Source of the DNA: Acidobacteriota bacterium
GTDB lineage: Bacteria > Acidobacteriota > UBA890 > WLXD01
DNA length: 64,000 bases
Assembly: GCA_965205505.1 (NCBI GenBank)
Contig: CBDBHB010000009.1
Span: forward strand, 1,984,001 to 2,048,000
Reading direction: 5' to 3'
Shown here: in pieces, positions 29,804 to 40,101 of the stretch
Numbering within the stretch: position 1 is the stretch's first letter
Layout: each line of letters opens with the position of its first letter
The notes under the pieces: model-generated
The model's database searches: none
The model's input: only the letters and a program-made list of their open reading frames with translations
What the model was told of the DNA's origin: nothing
Translations under genes and position numbers: made by a program

Positions 29804-32128
29804 GTGAAAGAGCGCGAGCACGCGATCCGGTTTTTCGGCTTCCTCCTGGCGTTGACGGTCAGTGGGCTACCGGTCTCGAGCGCCGTCGCGGTGGCCGGTG
29901 CGAGCTGGAGTGCGACGTCGTCCGTGATGTTGGCGCAGGAGGCGCTGCCGGCGCAGACACCGAACTTCCGGTCCGCGGTTACGCGCGTGCGTGTCGACGC
30001 GATCGTTTCAAACAAGGACGGCAACTTCATCGACGACTTGAAGGCGGACGACTTCCGCGTATTCGAGGATGGGGTCGAGCAGTCGATCTTGAACGTCCAG
30101 TTGGTCAGCCTGGCAAAGGGCCAGGTGACGACCGTGGCCTCGCGCGACGAGGCGGTCGTGGCGTTCGATAGCGACATTGACGGCAGCCCGGGGGACAGCC
30201 AACCAGTGGCGCGCGAGGAATCGCCCGGCGCGCCGGCAGAGCCCACGCCCATCCGGCGAAGCCCTGCAAATCTGGGTGCTGTCGTCTATCTGGTCGACCT
30301 GCCGAGCCTGGATCGACGGAACAAGCCTCGGCTGACGAAGACATTCGAGGGATTCTTCGAAGGGGAGGGTGACCTGGAGGTACCGCGCAGCGTGTTCATG
30401 ATCGATCACAGCGGCACCGTTCAGGAGCTGGCCCCATTGACGACCGATCGTGAAGTGCTTCGCAATGCGGCGGCGGCGGTGGCGGCGGCAGGGCTAACGA
30501 GCACGTCTATCTTCAGCCGCATGGAACGCGAGTATCAGCCACTAATGCAGCAGGCTATCGACGCGCAGAATGCGGCGTCGGCCGGCGCACGAGGCCTCGA
30601 CGACTCCATGCCCATTACGGTGCGCGAGATCGTCGAAAATCTAGAGCGAAAGGCCGAGAGAGACGGCGAGGTCGAGCGCATGCGCGGCGAGCGGACGCTC
30701 CGGACACTTCTTCAGTTCACCAACGCCTTGTCGGCAATGGAGGGCCGCACCGCTCTGGTGTGGATCTCGTCCGGTGCGATGATCACCGAGGGTGGACCCT
30801 ACTCGGCTTTCTCGGCAGCGGTGCGTGAGGCGGTCGACGCTCCGATGGGAACATCGACGCTGGCAAGGTCGGCACCCAATACGCACATCCTGGACTTGAT
30901 GCAGGAAGTGTACGAGACGGCGAACACGGGTAACGTGAGCATCTACACGGTCGATCCGCGACCGATCTCGGAGCTCAACAACCTCGGCACCAGCGCCGCC
31001 ATCGGCCAGGGCTTGGTCTCCACGGCATTGCGGCGCCACGTCCGGCCGGCCTATCGCGACCTCACCACACCGCTCGTGGAGTTGGCCGCCAAGACCGGCG
31101 GCCGGGCGTTCATCGGCTGGGGGGATCTCGACCGGGCGTTCGAGGAGCAATACAACGACTCGACGCAGTTCTACCTGATCTTCTATGAGCCGCCAGCGCC
31201 CCACGAGGATGGTGAGTACCACGAGATCGAGGTGCAGGTGAGCTACCCGGATGCCGAGGTGCGAGCGCGGCCAGGCTATCGAGAGCTGCCGGGCTCGGAG
31301 CTCGAGACCCTCAAGGTGGCCGCCGCCTTGGCCTTGCCGGGCTCAGTCATGGGACGACCCGTGCCGGCCGCCGCGTTCCACCGTTTTGAGGCCGACGGCT
31401 CGGCCAAGATCGTGCTGGTTGCCGGGCTGCCGCGGCCCGCAGAGGCGGTCACGGGTAGCTGGGCACCGGCGTTCGGGGGAATCGATCCCGCCGAGGATAT
31501 CCTCGAGGAAATGATCGACATGCTCGGCATCCCGTTCTTCCGCGTGCACGCCATCGTGTTGAGCCGCGCCGGCGAGATCAGTGGCGAGACTCACGAGTTG
31601 GTTCAGCCACGCGAGGATCTGGCGGAGTACGCACCCGATGCAGCCTTCCGACACTTCCGCTATACGACGGAGTGGTCGGTCGAGCCGGGCACTTATGAAA
31701 TCCGTCTGTTGGTGGCCGAAGACGGCGGTGACCGACTCGGTACGTCAAGGCTCCAGGTGCAGGTTCCGTCCATTGACGAGTGGACGATAGCGGACCCGAT
31801 GCTTGTCGTGGTGGACGCCGATGCCGGGCTCAGACCCTTGCTGGACCAGGGCGTACCCGCAGGTATCCAGATCTCCGCGAGTGTTCAGGTGCGCGGTGCC
31901 ACGAGCCCCTACGTTTCTGCCTCGATCTTCCATCGCGCCACGCGACGCACCATGGCTGAAGTGCCAGCCCAGGCACTGCAGCTCGAGGGCCCCGGAGTAC
32001 ACGGTGGGGTGCTGCCGTTGCCGTATCTCGACCCCGACGAGTACCTGGTCGAGCTGCAGGTAGTGGATACGACCGCCGATGGCCAGACGGTCCGGCTGAT
32101 GCCGCTACGCGTGGTGGAAGGCGAATAG
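29804..32128 (+). CDS. VWA domain protein (Acidobacterial VWFA-related type)
   Basis: FRSAVTRVRVDAIV..DLKADDFRVFEDGVEQ, GRTALVWIS, SIYTVDPR, TGGRAF and ARPGY motifs. Confidence 0.85.
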   Translation: MKEREHAIRFFGFLLALTVSGLPVSSAVAVAGASWSATSSVMLAQEALPAQTPNFRSAVTRVRVDAIVSNKDGNFIDDLKADDFRVFEDGVEQSILNVQLVSLAKGQVTTVASRDEAVVAFDSDIDGSPGDSQPVAREESPGAPAEPTPIRRSPANLGAVVYLVDLPSLDRRNKPRLTKTFEGFFEGEGDLEVPRSVFMIDHSGTVQELAPLTTDREVLRNAAAAVAAAGLTSTSIFSRMEREYQPLMQQAIDAQNAASAGARGLDDSMPITVREIVENLERKAERDGEVERMRGERTLRTLLQFTNALSAMEGRTALVWISSGAMITEGGPYSAFSAAVREAVDAPMGTSTLARSAPNTHILDLMQEVYETANTGNVSIYTVDPRPISELNNLGTSAAIGQGLVSTALRRHVRPAYRDLTTPLVELAAKTGGRAFIGWGDLDRAFEEQYNDSTQFYLIFYEPPAPHEDGEYHEIEVQVSYPDAEVRARPGYRELPGSELETLKVAAALALPGSVMGRPVPAAAFHRFEADGSAKIVLVAGLPRPAEAVTGSWAPAFGGIDPAEDILEEMIDMLGIPFFRVHAIVLSRAGEISGETHELVQPREDLAEYAPDAAFRHFRYTTEWSVEPGTYEIRLLVAEDGGDRLGTSRLQVQVPSIDEWTIADPMLVVVDADAGLRPLLDQGVPAGIQISASVQVRGATSPYVSASIFHRATRRTMAEVPAQALQLEGPGVHGGVLPLPYLDPDEYLVELQVVDTTADGQTVRLMPLRVVEGE

Positions 32129-32144
32129 CCGGGCGAACCGCCGC

Positions 32145-33198
32145 GTGACTTCGTTGGCAGCGCCGTCAACGCGCGCTGCTCGCTTGGGTTCACTGGATGC
32201 CCTGCGCGGCTTCGACATGTTCTGGATCATCGGCGGCGAGGAGATCGTCCACGCGCTCGCCGGGCTCACCGGTTGGTCGCTGGCAGTGTGGGGCTCGACC
32301 CAGCTACATCATGTCGAATGGGACGGGTTCGTCTTCTACGACCTGATCTTTCCGCTCTTTCTGTTTGTTGCTGGCGTGGCGATGCCGTTCTCGCTGACCG
32401 GGCGTCTGGAGCGCGGCGACGACAAGCGGGCGCTTATCTTCCACGTCGTCCGGCGCGGCCTCCTGTTGGTTGCCCTGGGGATTGTGTAAAATCACGGGCT
32501 CTTCCGCGTGAGCGCCGAGCAGATGCGCTACCCCAGTGTGCTGGGGAGGATCGGCTTGGCGTACATGTTCGCTGCCCTCATCGTGTTGAACACTCGCCGG
32601 CGCGCGCAGGTCGCTTGGTTCGTGAGCTTGCTTCTCGGCTATTGGGCAGCCATGACGCTGATTCCGGTGCCCGGCCACGGAGCCGGCCAGCTGACGGTGG
32701 ACGGGAGCCTCGCAGGCTACCTCGATCGACTACTGATTCCCGGCAGGCTGCACCTGGGCGTCCATGATCCGGAGGGCTTGCTGTCGACGATTCCAGCGAT
32801 CTCGACAGCACTGCTCGGGGCCGGTGCTGTGGGCTTGCTGTCCGGGGGGCCTCTGGGATCTGGTCTTTCCGATCAACAAGAACTTGTGGACGAGCTCTTT
32901 CGTGGTGTACGCCGGTGGGTGGAGCTTGCTCCTGCTCGCCGCCTTCTATGCGGTGATCGACGTATGGGGCAAAAAGCGGTGGGCGATGTTCTTCGTCGTG
33001 ATCGGTATGAACCCCATCCTCATCTACATGGCCGGGTCGATCGTCGACTTCGGCCACTCGACAGACTTCTTTCTGCAAGGCTTGCTGAGACCGTTCAGCG
33101 AGCCCGCCGGAGCGACCCTTTGGTGGAGCGGCTTCGTGCTCATCGAATGGGGGTTCCTGTACTTTCTCTACCGAAAGCGGGTATTCCTGCGGATCTGA
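32145..33198 (+). pseudogene. HGSNAT/DUF5009-like membrane acyltransferase, disrupted
   Basis: RLGSLDALRGFDMFWI, DLIFPLFLF, DPEGLLST and PINKNLWTSSF motifs. In-frame TAA at 32487 and a frameshift/deletion at ~32820-32850. Confidence 0.85.
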
Positions 33199-33304
33199 CC
33201 GCCGGGCGGGTCGGGGGCGTGAGGGACCGAAAGCTGTTCGGCTGCGGTAGAATCAGGCGGCGCTCAGGCTGCGGCCCGAGCCTCCTGCGGCGGAGGACAC
33301 CTCC

Positions 33305-34273
33305 ATGAGCTCCATTTTGACGGCGACGCTGGTGCTGGTCATGCTCGCCGCGACGGTCTCTCCGAGTGCCGCGGGAGCGGGTGCGCAAGAGGTCGATGCC
33401 GAGCTACAAGATCAGACGATCCGCAGGGCCCAATGGCACATCGATCACGAAGAAGCGGAGTTTGCTCTGCGATTGCTCGACGGCGCCCTGGAGGAGGATG
33501 GCGGTCTCTGGACGGCACAGTTTCTCAAGGGCATGGCTCTCGGACAGCTCGGAGATGAGCAAGGTGCGCTAGAGGCGTTTCTGGCCGCCGACGATCTCAA
33601 TCCCGGGATAGCCGATGTTTACTTCTGGGCCGGTATAGCGTCCTTTGGCCTGGGTGACTACGACACCTGCTGGGAGCAAACCATCCTTGCCCATCAGGCG
33701 GGCCGGAACATGAGCCTCGAGATCGAACAGCTGAAAGAGGTTGCCGATCCGCCGGGCGACCTGAGGGAACGGCTCAAGGCGCCGCGCGCATTCGTCGCGG
33801 AGATCGATACGTCGGTGCGGGAACATGACACAGGCCTGGACATCGCACTGATGCTCGGTCGGGGAGAGCTGGTGACCGTGCGCCAGCAGCTCGGGCAGGC
33901 GCTCCGGAACTCACCCGGATTCGGCCTGGTGCGCGCCCGAGAGCTGGCGGAATACGTCGTCGAGCTCACCGTCAGCGACTACGGCAATGCCGCCTACGCC
34001 GACTCGGCCAGCAACCCAGGCGATTTGCCAACGGAGGTGGTCGACGTCGAGATGATGTCGCCTTCCGCCAACCCCAACACGCATATGACTGACACCGAAG
34101 AGCCGCTCACGCATGCACTGCAGGGCCATCTCGAGCTGCTGAGGGCAGACACCGGTACAGTCGCGTTTTCGGTTCCGCTGAGCATCGAGGACATCACCTC
34201 GATGGGCGACCTTGGCCGGGAGCTACGGCGCTACGTCGGCTACCTGGAGCGCTGGGCGCGAGAGAACGGCTGA
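33305..34273 (+). CDS. Secreted TPR-repeat protein (paralog of 48837-50291)
   Basis: GGAGG RBS, signal peptide and TPR-like helices; shares CWEQTILAHQAGR with the paralog. Confidence 0.75.
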   Translation: MSSILTATLVLVMLAATVSPSAAGAGAQEVDAELQDQTIRRAQWHIDHEEAEFALRLLDGALEEDGGLWTAQFLKGMALGQLGDEQGALEAFLAADDLNPGIADVYFWAGIASFGLGDYDTCWEQTILAHQAGRNMSLEIEQLKEVADPPGDLRERLKAPRAFVAEIDTSVREHDTGLDIALMLGRGELVTVRQQLGQALRNSPGFGLVRARELAEYVVELTVSDYGNAAYADSASNPGDLPTEVVDVEMMSPSANPNTHMTDTEEPLTHALQGHLELLRADTGTVAFSVPLSIEDITSMGDLGRELRRYVGYLERWARENG

Positions 34274-34331
34274 GCGGCGCCTTGGACGGCGCCGGAGTGA
34301 GCTCCGACCAAGAAGGTCGGGCCACTAGCGC

Positions 34332-36338
34332 CTACTTCTTGAGCGGAACCGGGTGGACGAAATCCGGCGTGTCGGCGCCGTAGAGGTGCTCGTCGAACCA
34401 GGCGAGCGCGTGCTCGTTGATGGCGCGGCGCATGCGAGGTGTCGAGGGGCCATGGCCCATGCCCTGGTAGACGATCATGCGCGCCTCGACGCCCTTGTCC
34501 AACAACAACTGACGAAACTGGTAGCCGTTGGCGATGGGGACACGATGGTCGTTCTCGCCGTGCTGGATGAGCACCGGCGTCTTCGCCCGATCGATGTAGG
34601 TGACCGGCGAGGTTTTGGCGTAGACGTCGTCGTCAGCCAGCGGCGTCGCTCCGAAGTACTCGGTGGTGAACTGGGTGATATCGGTGTTGTAGTAGTAGGT
34701 GCGCCAGTCGCTGATCCCGGCACCCATGATCGCGGCGGTGCAGATGTCCGAATATGTCGACAACATCGCCGAGATATGCCCGCCCTGGCTCCAGCCCAGA
34801 CACGCTACGCGATCTGGGTCGACAAGGCCCTGCTCGGTCAGCATCTCGACTCCCGCGATGATGTCGCGCGCCGGGCCCACGCCGAGGTTGCGCAGGTTGC
34901 TCATCTGGAAGTCTTCGCCGTAGCCGTCGCTACCGCGATAGTTGGTTTGGAGGACGAGCGCGCCTCCTCCCTGGCTCGCCAGCACGGCTGGCGGGTAGAG
35001 GCTCCGCGGTAGCCCCACGATCCACGGCCGATCAGTTCCCGTCGGCCCGCCGTGGGTCCTCACGTACAGCGGGTAGCGGCGCCCCTCCTGGAAGTCGTGA
35101 GGCTTCGTGAGCACGCCCTCGATCTCCAGTCCGTTGTCCGACTCCCATCGGATGAGCTCTTTGGTGGGCAGCTGCAGCCCGGCGAGCTGCGCGGACATGT
35201 CGGTGAGCTGCCGTTCCCCGCCGCCGATCAGGACGACGATCTCCGAGAGACTCGATCTGCCCGCCCTCAAGCAGGCGACCACACTGGCGTCGCTCGAGAA
35301 CGTGCATCCGCGAGTTGAGTCGATGTCGGACTCGGTGACGGGCTCGGCGCTGCCGGATCCGACGGCCGCACGGTACAGCTGCAAGCTCGTCTGCCAGGCG
35401 CCGGAGAACAGAAGAGCGTCGCCGTCCCAGCGCAGTAGGTTCGGACTGCCCGGAAAGTCGAGGTCGAGGATCCGCTCGTTCTGTCCGTTGGCTTCGACGA
35501 TGGCGATACGGTTGATGTTCGGAAACCCCGGCGCGGTGGTGAAAGCCAGCGCCCGCCCGGATGCGTTCCAGATCGGCGCGGACTTGTCGCCGTGGCTGGT
35601 CGTGAGCTTCTCAGGGGCACCGTCGTTGGCGTCGACGACGTAGATCTGCGATTCCAGTACGTCGACGAGGTAGGGCGTGGGCCAAGCGGTAAACGCCAGC
35701 TTCGACCCGTCTGGCGACCAGTTGTATCCGATGACCGATAATTCGCGTCCGGTGGTCACTTGCCGGGGGGCGCCGTCGGCCCTCATGTCGTCCCTGAGGG
35801 CCATGACCCACAGGTGTTCGTAGGCTCCCTCCTCGCGAAACACTTCGTACTTGCCGTAACGCTCCTCGCGGGCGTCGATGAGCGCTTTGTTCTTGGGTCC
35901 AGCGACGAACGCGAGGGCCGCGCCATCCGGCGAAAAGCGTAGGTTGCTCGCGCCCTCCACGTCGGTGTCGAGCACCATGGGCTCGCCCCCGGTGCGACGC
36001 ATCACGTTGAGCTGGTCGTCGCGCATGAACGCGATCCATGCGCTGTCCGCCGACCACTCGTAGTCGCCAACCGGATCCTCTCCATGGGTGAGCTGTACCG
36101 GTTTGCCACCGCTTACCGGCACCAGCCACAGTTGGCGCATGTCCTTGTCGGCTTCGAAGTCGCTCTCGAAGCCGGCGAATGCCACGTGGCTTCCGTCGGG
36201 CGAGATCTCGGCCGAGGTGATCATTCGAAGCGCCATGATGTCGTCGATGCTCGGCCGCTGCGGCTCCGAGGCGTAGGCGCCCGTCCATCCACCAAGCACC
36301 ACGAGGGCGATCCCGCCCGTGACCACGACTGCTCGCAT
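34332..36338 (-). CDS. S9 family peptidase with PD40/beta-propeller region
   Basis: SPDG repeats, HGGP, GWSQGG, HGEND and GH catalytic motifs. Confidence 0.92.
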   Translation of the reverse strand: MRAVVVTGGIALVVLGGWTGAYASEPQRPSIDDIMALRMITSAEISPDGSHVAFAGFESDFEADKDMRQLWLVPVSGGKPVQLTHGEDPVGDYEWSADSAWIAFMRDDQLNVMRRTGGEPMVLDTDVEGASNLRFSPDGAALAFVAGPKNKALIDAREERYGKYEVFREEGAYEHLWVMALRDDMRADGAPRQVTTGRELSVIGYNWSPDGSKLAFTAWPTPYLVDVLESQIYVVDANDGAPEKLTTSHGDKSAPIWNASGRALAFTTAPGFPNINRIAIVEANGQNERILDLDFPGSPNLLRWDGDALLFSGAWQTSLQLYRAAVGSGSAEPVTESDIDSTRGCTFSSDASVVACLRAGRSSLSEIVVLIGGGERQLTDMSAQLAGLQLPTKELIRWESDNGLEIEGVLTKPHDFQEGRRYPLYVRTHGGPTGTDRPWIVGLPRSLYPPAVLASQGGGALVLQTNYRGSDGYGEDFQMSNLRNLGVGPARDIIAGVEMLTEQGLVDPDRVACLGWSQGGHISAMLSTYSDICTAAIMGAGISDWRTYYYNTDITQFTTEYFGATPLADDDVYAKTSPVTYIDRAKTPVLIQHGENDHRVPIANGYQFRQLLLDKGVEARMIVYQGMGHGPSTPRMRRAINEHALAWFDEHLYGADTPDFVHPVPLKK

Positions 36339-36502
36339 GTTTCCTCCTGACGCCCCGACGTGTGACCGCCGCGGCTGAAGTAAGACGCGGCTACAAAGTC
36401 GATGTTTCCGCGGCCCAGGCACCATCCTGGGCAGGCGCGTCGGACGCCGCGCCTGCCAGAAAACCGCAGGGACGACGAGGCTGGAGCCCAAGCGTCCCTT
36501 GC

Positions 36503-37771
36503 TCATGGCTCGGTGATTACCGAACCGCCTTTGATCACCAGCATCACCTCGCGCAGGGTGGAGATGTTGCGCGTGGGGTCGCCAAGCACTGCGACGAGAT
36601 CCGCGAGCATCCCGGCGCGGATGGAGCCGAGATGTTCGTCGAGCTCGAAGACGGCGGCGTTGCCGGCGGTGGCAGCGCGCAGCGCGGCTCTCGGCGTCAT
36701 GCCGTAGTCCACCATCAGCTCGAGCTCACGCACGTTGTCGCCGTGCGGATACACCCCGACGTCACCGCCGAAGCAGATGGACACGCCGGCAGCCATGGCG
36801 GCGGCGAAGCTGTCGCGCTTGCTCCGCACCCGCTCGGGCTCCGGATCTTGTCCCTTCCGCCAGCCGCCGTACTGCAGGATCGCATCGCCGGCGGCGATCG
36901 TCGGGCACAGCGTGACATCGTTGGCAGCCAAGATGGCGAACGTCTCGGCATCGCCGCCGTCGCCGTGCTCGATGGTACGGACACCGGCCAGGGTGGCTCG
37001 GCGCATGCCCTCCGCGGTGGCGGCGTGGGCCACCACCCGACGGCCCGAGCTTTCGGCCACCTCGACAACGAGCTGCAGTTCGCGTTGGGTGAAGGTCGGC
37101 TGCGCCGTGCCGTCCGGGCCCCATCGATAGTCGGCGTAGACTTTGATCCAGTCGGCTCCGCGGCCGATCTGGTCGCGCACCACCCGGATCAGCTCGTCGT
37201 GGCCGTCGGCGATCTCGGCGCCCTTGTGGAAGCGGATCTCGGGGGCGCCACGTGGGTTGTAGCTGCCGGTGGTAACGATCGCTTTGGTCGCCACCAGCAT
37301 GCGCGGCCCGGGTACCACACCTTTGGCGATCGCTTCCTTGAGCCCGGCATCGGCGTCCCCTGCCAGCAGGGTCTTGCGGGCGTGCACAACCGCACGAGCG
37401 GTGCGTTCGGCCAACGATTCACGTAGCACCTGATCGGTGCACGGGGTCTCGTTGTACGGGTGCAGCAGGAGATGCGAGTGGCCCTCGATGAGGCCGGGCA
37501 GCAAGGTCGCGTTCGCGAGGCGCACCACTCTGGCATCGGCGGTTGTCACGATCTCTTCGGCGGGACCCGCCTGGACAATCCGCTCGCTTTCCACCAACAC
37601 CGCCCAGCCCTCGTGGCTCCGCTCGCCGTCGAAGACCCTGTCGGGTACCAACAGCAGCGGGCCCGGCCGCAGTTGGGCAGCTGCCACTGCCGTAGTCATC
37701 AGCGTCAGCGCGGCCATGCTGAGCAGCAGCGCCCGGCGCACGGTTGTCGGGCGCGGTTGGACTCGATCCAT
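36503..37771 (-). CDS. Metal-dependent amidohydrolase (prolidase-like) with a probable in-frame internal deletion
   Basis: PGLIEGHSH, GADWIKVY, AHA, TIEHG, GGD and ADLVAV motifs. Lacks the usual FTTVRDLG segment. Confidence 0.8.
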   Translation of the reverse strand: MDRVQPRPTTVRRALLLSMAALTLMTTAVAAAQLRPGPLLLVPDRVFDGERSHEGWAVLVESERIVQAGPAEEIVTTADARVVRLANATLLPGLIEGHSHLLLHPYNETPCTDQVLRESLAERTARAVVHARKTLLAGDADAGLKEAIAKGVVPGPRMLVATKAIVTTGSYNPRGAPEIRFHKGAEIADGHDELIRVVRDQIGRGADWIKVYADYRWGPDGTAQPTFTQRELQLVVEVAESSGRRVVAHAATAEGMRRATLAGVRTIEHGDGGDAETFAILAANDVTLCPTIAAGDAILQYGGWRKGQDPEPERVRSKRDSFAAAMAAGVSICFGGDVGVYPHGDNVRELELMVDYGMTPRAALRAATAGNAAVFELDEHLGSIRAGMLADLVAVLGDPTRNISTLREVMLVIKGGSVITEP

Positions 37772-37853
37772 GGTGCAGGAGAAAAGAGCTGTCATGGCGG
37801 CGAGCCCCAGAGTCGTCGTGTGCGAGTCGGTCTTCACAGCATGGTGGGTGGCA

Positions 37854-37875
37854 CCTGAAGCCTATCGTCAGAGCG
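37854..37875 (-). repeat. Motif A copy (partial) upstream of the amidohydrolase gene
   Basis: CCTGAAGCCTATCGTCAGAGCG is identical to 41024-41045. Confidence 0.75.
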
Positions 37876-38149
37876 GGCGACCGGCCACTCGCCTTCCCGG
37901 GCACCGATCATATTGGCGCACCCCTCGCGGGTTGTGCCATTCGTGAGCTACTTACATCCTGAGCGAACAACGACGTGAGATCGGGTATCCCCGATACGAT
38001 TGGGAGACTCACGTCGAGCACAAAGACCCACCAAGTAGCAGCGGCCAATCGACGAGACGGCCGATCAGGCGGTCCTCGGGGTACGCGGAGACGATCCCCT
38101 GGCAGAGCACCGCGACGGCGACCAGAGAATCACACCGATCCCGTTTGCC

Positions 38150-38386
38150 GATCGGCTGAGGGCCTTCGGCAAGCCCTTCTGGGCCGGCATCGTCATGGAG
38201 ATGGAGGCGATGAGCGTCCTTCAACGAGCCCTGGACAAGACCCCGGCCGAGGTCACGGACATTCTCTGGCTTACGTATTCTCCCTACCAGGTCGGGTTCC
38301 TGTTTGGCGCCATCGGCATCGCGTCGGCAGTGGCCTTGGCGGTGTTCACTCGCTACGCCCGGAGATGGCCTGATTTCGATGCTTGA
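38150..38386 (+). pseudogene. C-terminal fragment of a membrane transporter (MFS-like)
   Basis: TPAEVTDILWLTYSPYQVGFLFGAIGIASAVAL TM helix with no upstream body. Confidence 0.45.
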
Positions 38387-38422
38387 GGGCGACACGGAGG
38401 TCGTCCCCGCGCCGCGCCCGCG

Positions 38423-38851
38423 CTACCTGGCGGGTGAGAAATCGGTCGGGTTCATGAACGTCGACTCCACATCCGTCACGATTGGCCCGTCTGCAACCGA
38501 CTCTTCGCGCATCGTCTCCCAGTCGGGATCGTCGAAGAATCCTTGCCACGACTCCGCCGCAGCTTCGCGACTGTCATGCGCGAGCATGTAGATCATCGTG
38601 TTGTCCGAGCCCGGCGCGTCATCCGGCACCCAATAGCCGACGCTGGTCATGCCTTGCTTGTGAAACAGCTCGAGCTCGCCTCCCCCGAAACGTTCAAGCA
38701 ACGCTGGCAGCCGGCCCTCGGCCGTGGTGTAGATGCGGAGCTCGTAGATCTGGTTGCTCTGCGCCGCCACCGTGGTCGCCGCGGTGACCGATATGCCGGC
38801 AAGGAACGCAAGAGCCGCCACCCCAACCACAAGACCGTATTTGCGAATCAT
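38423..38851 (-). CDS. NIPSNAP family protein
   Basis: YELRIYT, GMTSVGYW, F..DPDW and PTDFSP motifs; AGGAG RBS. Confidence 0.9.
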   Translation of the reverse strand: MIRKYGLVVGVAALAFLAGISVTAATTVAAQSNQIYELRIYTTAEGRLPALLERFGGGELELFHKQGMTSVGYWVPDDAPGSDNTMIYMLAHDSREAAAESWQGFFDDPDWETMREESVADGPIVTDVESTFMNPTDFSPAR

Positions 38852-38924
38852 GATGTTCTCCTTGTTTGGTATCAGCCGGTTGCTAGAATCGCGCGCGAAT
38901 CCTTGCATCAACAAGAGGTCGCTG

Positions 38925-40079
38925 TCAGAAAGCGCTGAGCCGCTCCACCGTAGTAGCGTCGAGCCGGGTTAGCACGGCGATCAGCAGATCGACCGCCTGA
39001 TCGAAATCGCTACGCTGGATGATGCCGCTGTGCGCGTGTAGGTAGCGGGTGGGTACGGTCATGTTTACGGACGGTCGCCCGGTGTCGTAACGCTGGATCT
39101 CGGCCCCGTCTTCCCCGTACCCGGTCAGCACATCCGCTTGAAGGTCAAGGCCCTCCTCATCGGCAACGCCAAAGAAAAAGTCGCGCAGTTTCTGGTTGGG
39201 GATCATCGAGCTGTCGAGCAGGAAAATGCCGGGACCGGCGCCGAGCCGCTCCTGTGCCTGCTCCGGCCGCGATCCAGGGTAGTCGGCGGCGACCCCTGCC
39301 TCGATCGAGATGCCAAGGTCTGGATCGGCGATCGGCACCGATGTCTGCGCCCCGCGCAGACCGATCTCTTCTTGCACGGTCGCCACCCAGGAAACCCGGT
39401 TGGGCAAGCTGATGCTCCGCTCGGTAACGCGCCGCGCCGCTTCGAGCATCACCGCGAGGCCGACTCGATCATCCCAGGCCTTGGCCGCGTATCGGTCGTT
39501 GGGAAGCACCGCGAACGGGCTCCAAGGCGCGATCGGATCTCCTGGTCGGATTCCCATCGCCGCGACCTCGTCGGCCGATCTGGCTCCCACGTCGAGAAAG
39601 ATCTGCTCGAGAGGCCAGACTTGGCTGCGTTCGCTCTGCGGTGTTACGTGGACCGTCCGCAGGCCGCTTATCGCCAGCACCGGCCCATTGGCGCCGACGA
39701 TCATCCATCGCTGGTCTGGAAGTGCCTGCCGGAGCCAGCCGCCCAGCGTCTTGAACTTGATGAAGCCGTCGGGGCGCACGTGCTGCACCATCAGGCCGAC
39801 TTCGTCCAGGTGCGCGGTTACCATGATGCGCGGCCCCTCAGCAGCACCGGGCAGCGTAGCGATGACGGAGCCGAGCCCGTCGTACTCGATCGCCGCGTTC
39901 AACTCCCCGAACTCGCGCACGACGATCTCTCGCACTGGACCCTCGAATCCCGACGGACCGGGGGCGTTGGTGAGCTCCTCCATCAAGCGCGCGGTGCGGT
40001 CGAGTTGTTGCGCCACACTCGAGGTATCAGCCGAGAGGGCGGAGAGCAGCGCGAAGAGCATGAGCGCGGTCCGGTTCAT
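38925..40079 (-). CDS. M42 family metallo-aminopeptidase
   Basis: GPSGFE, AHLDEVG, KAWDDRVG, TVQEEIGLRGA and RYLH motifs. Confidence 0.92.
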   Translation of the reverse strand: MNRTALMLFALLSALSADTSSVAQQLDRTARLMEELTNAPGPSGFEGPVREIVVREFGELNAAIEYDGLGSVIATLPGAAEGPRIMVTAHLDEVGLMVQHVRPDGFIKFKTLGGWLRQALPDQRWMIVGANGPVLAISGLRTVHVTPQSERSQVWPLEQIFLDVGARSADEVAAMGIRPGDPIAPWSPFAVLPNDRYAAKAWDDRVGLAVMLEAARRVTERSISLPNRVSWVATVQEEIGLRGAQTSVPIADPDLGISIEAGVAADYPGSRPEQAQERLGAGPGIFLLDSSMIPNQKLRDFFFGVADEEGLDLQADVLTGYGEDGAEIQRYDTGRPSVNMTVPTRYLHAHSGIIQRSDFDQAVDLLIAVLTRLDATTVERLSAF

Positions 40080-40101
40080 GGCGTAATCCCGCCACGGCCC
40101 G

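Noticed and set aside
32487-32489. Recoded stop in the acyltransferase gene
   Set aside because: It is TAA at a probable Tyr position, and the gene has a second lesion.
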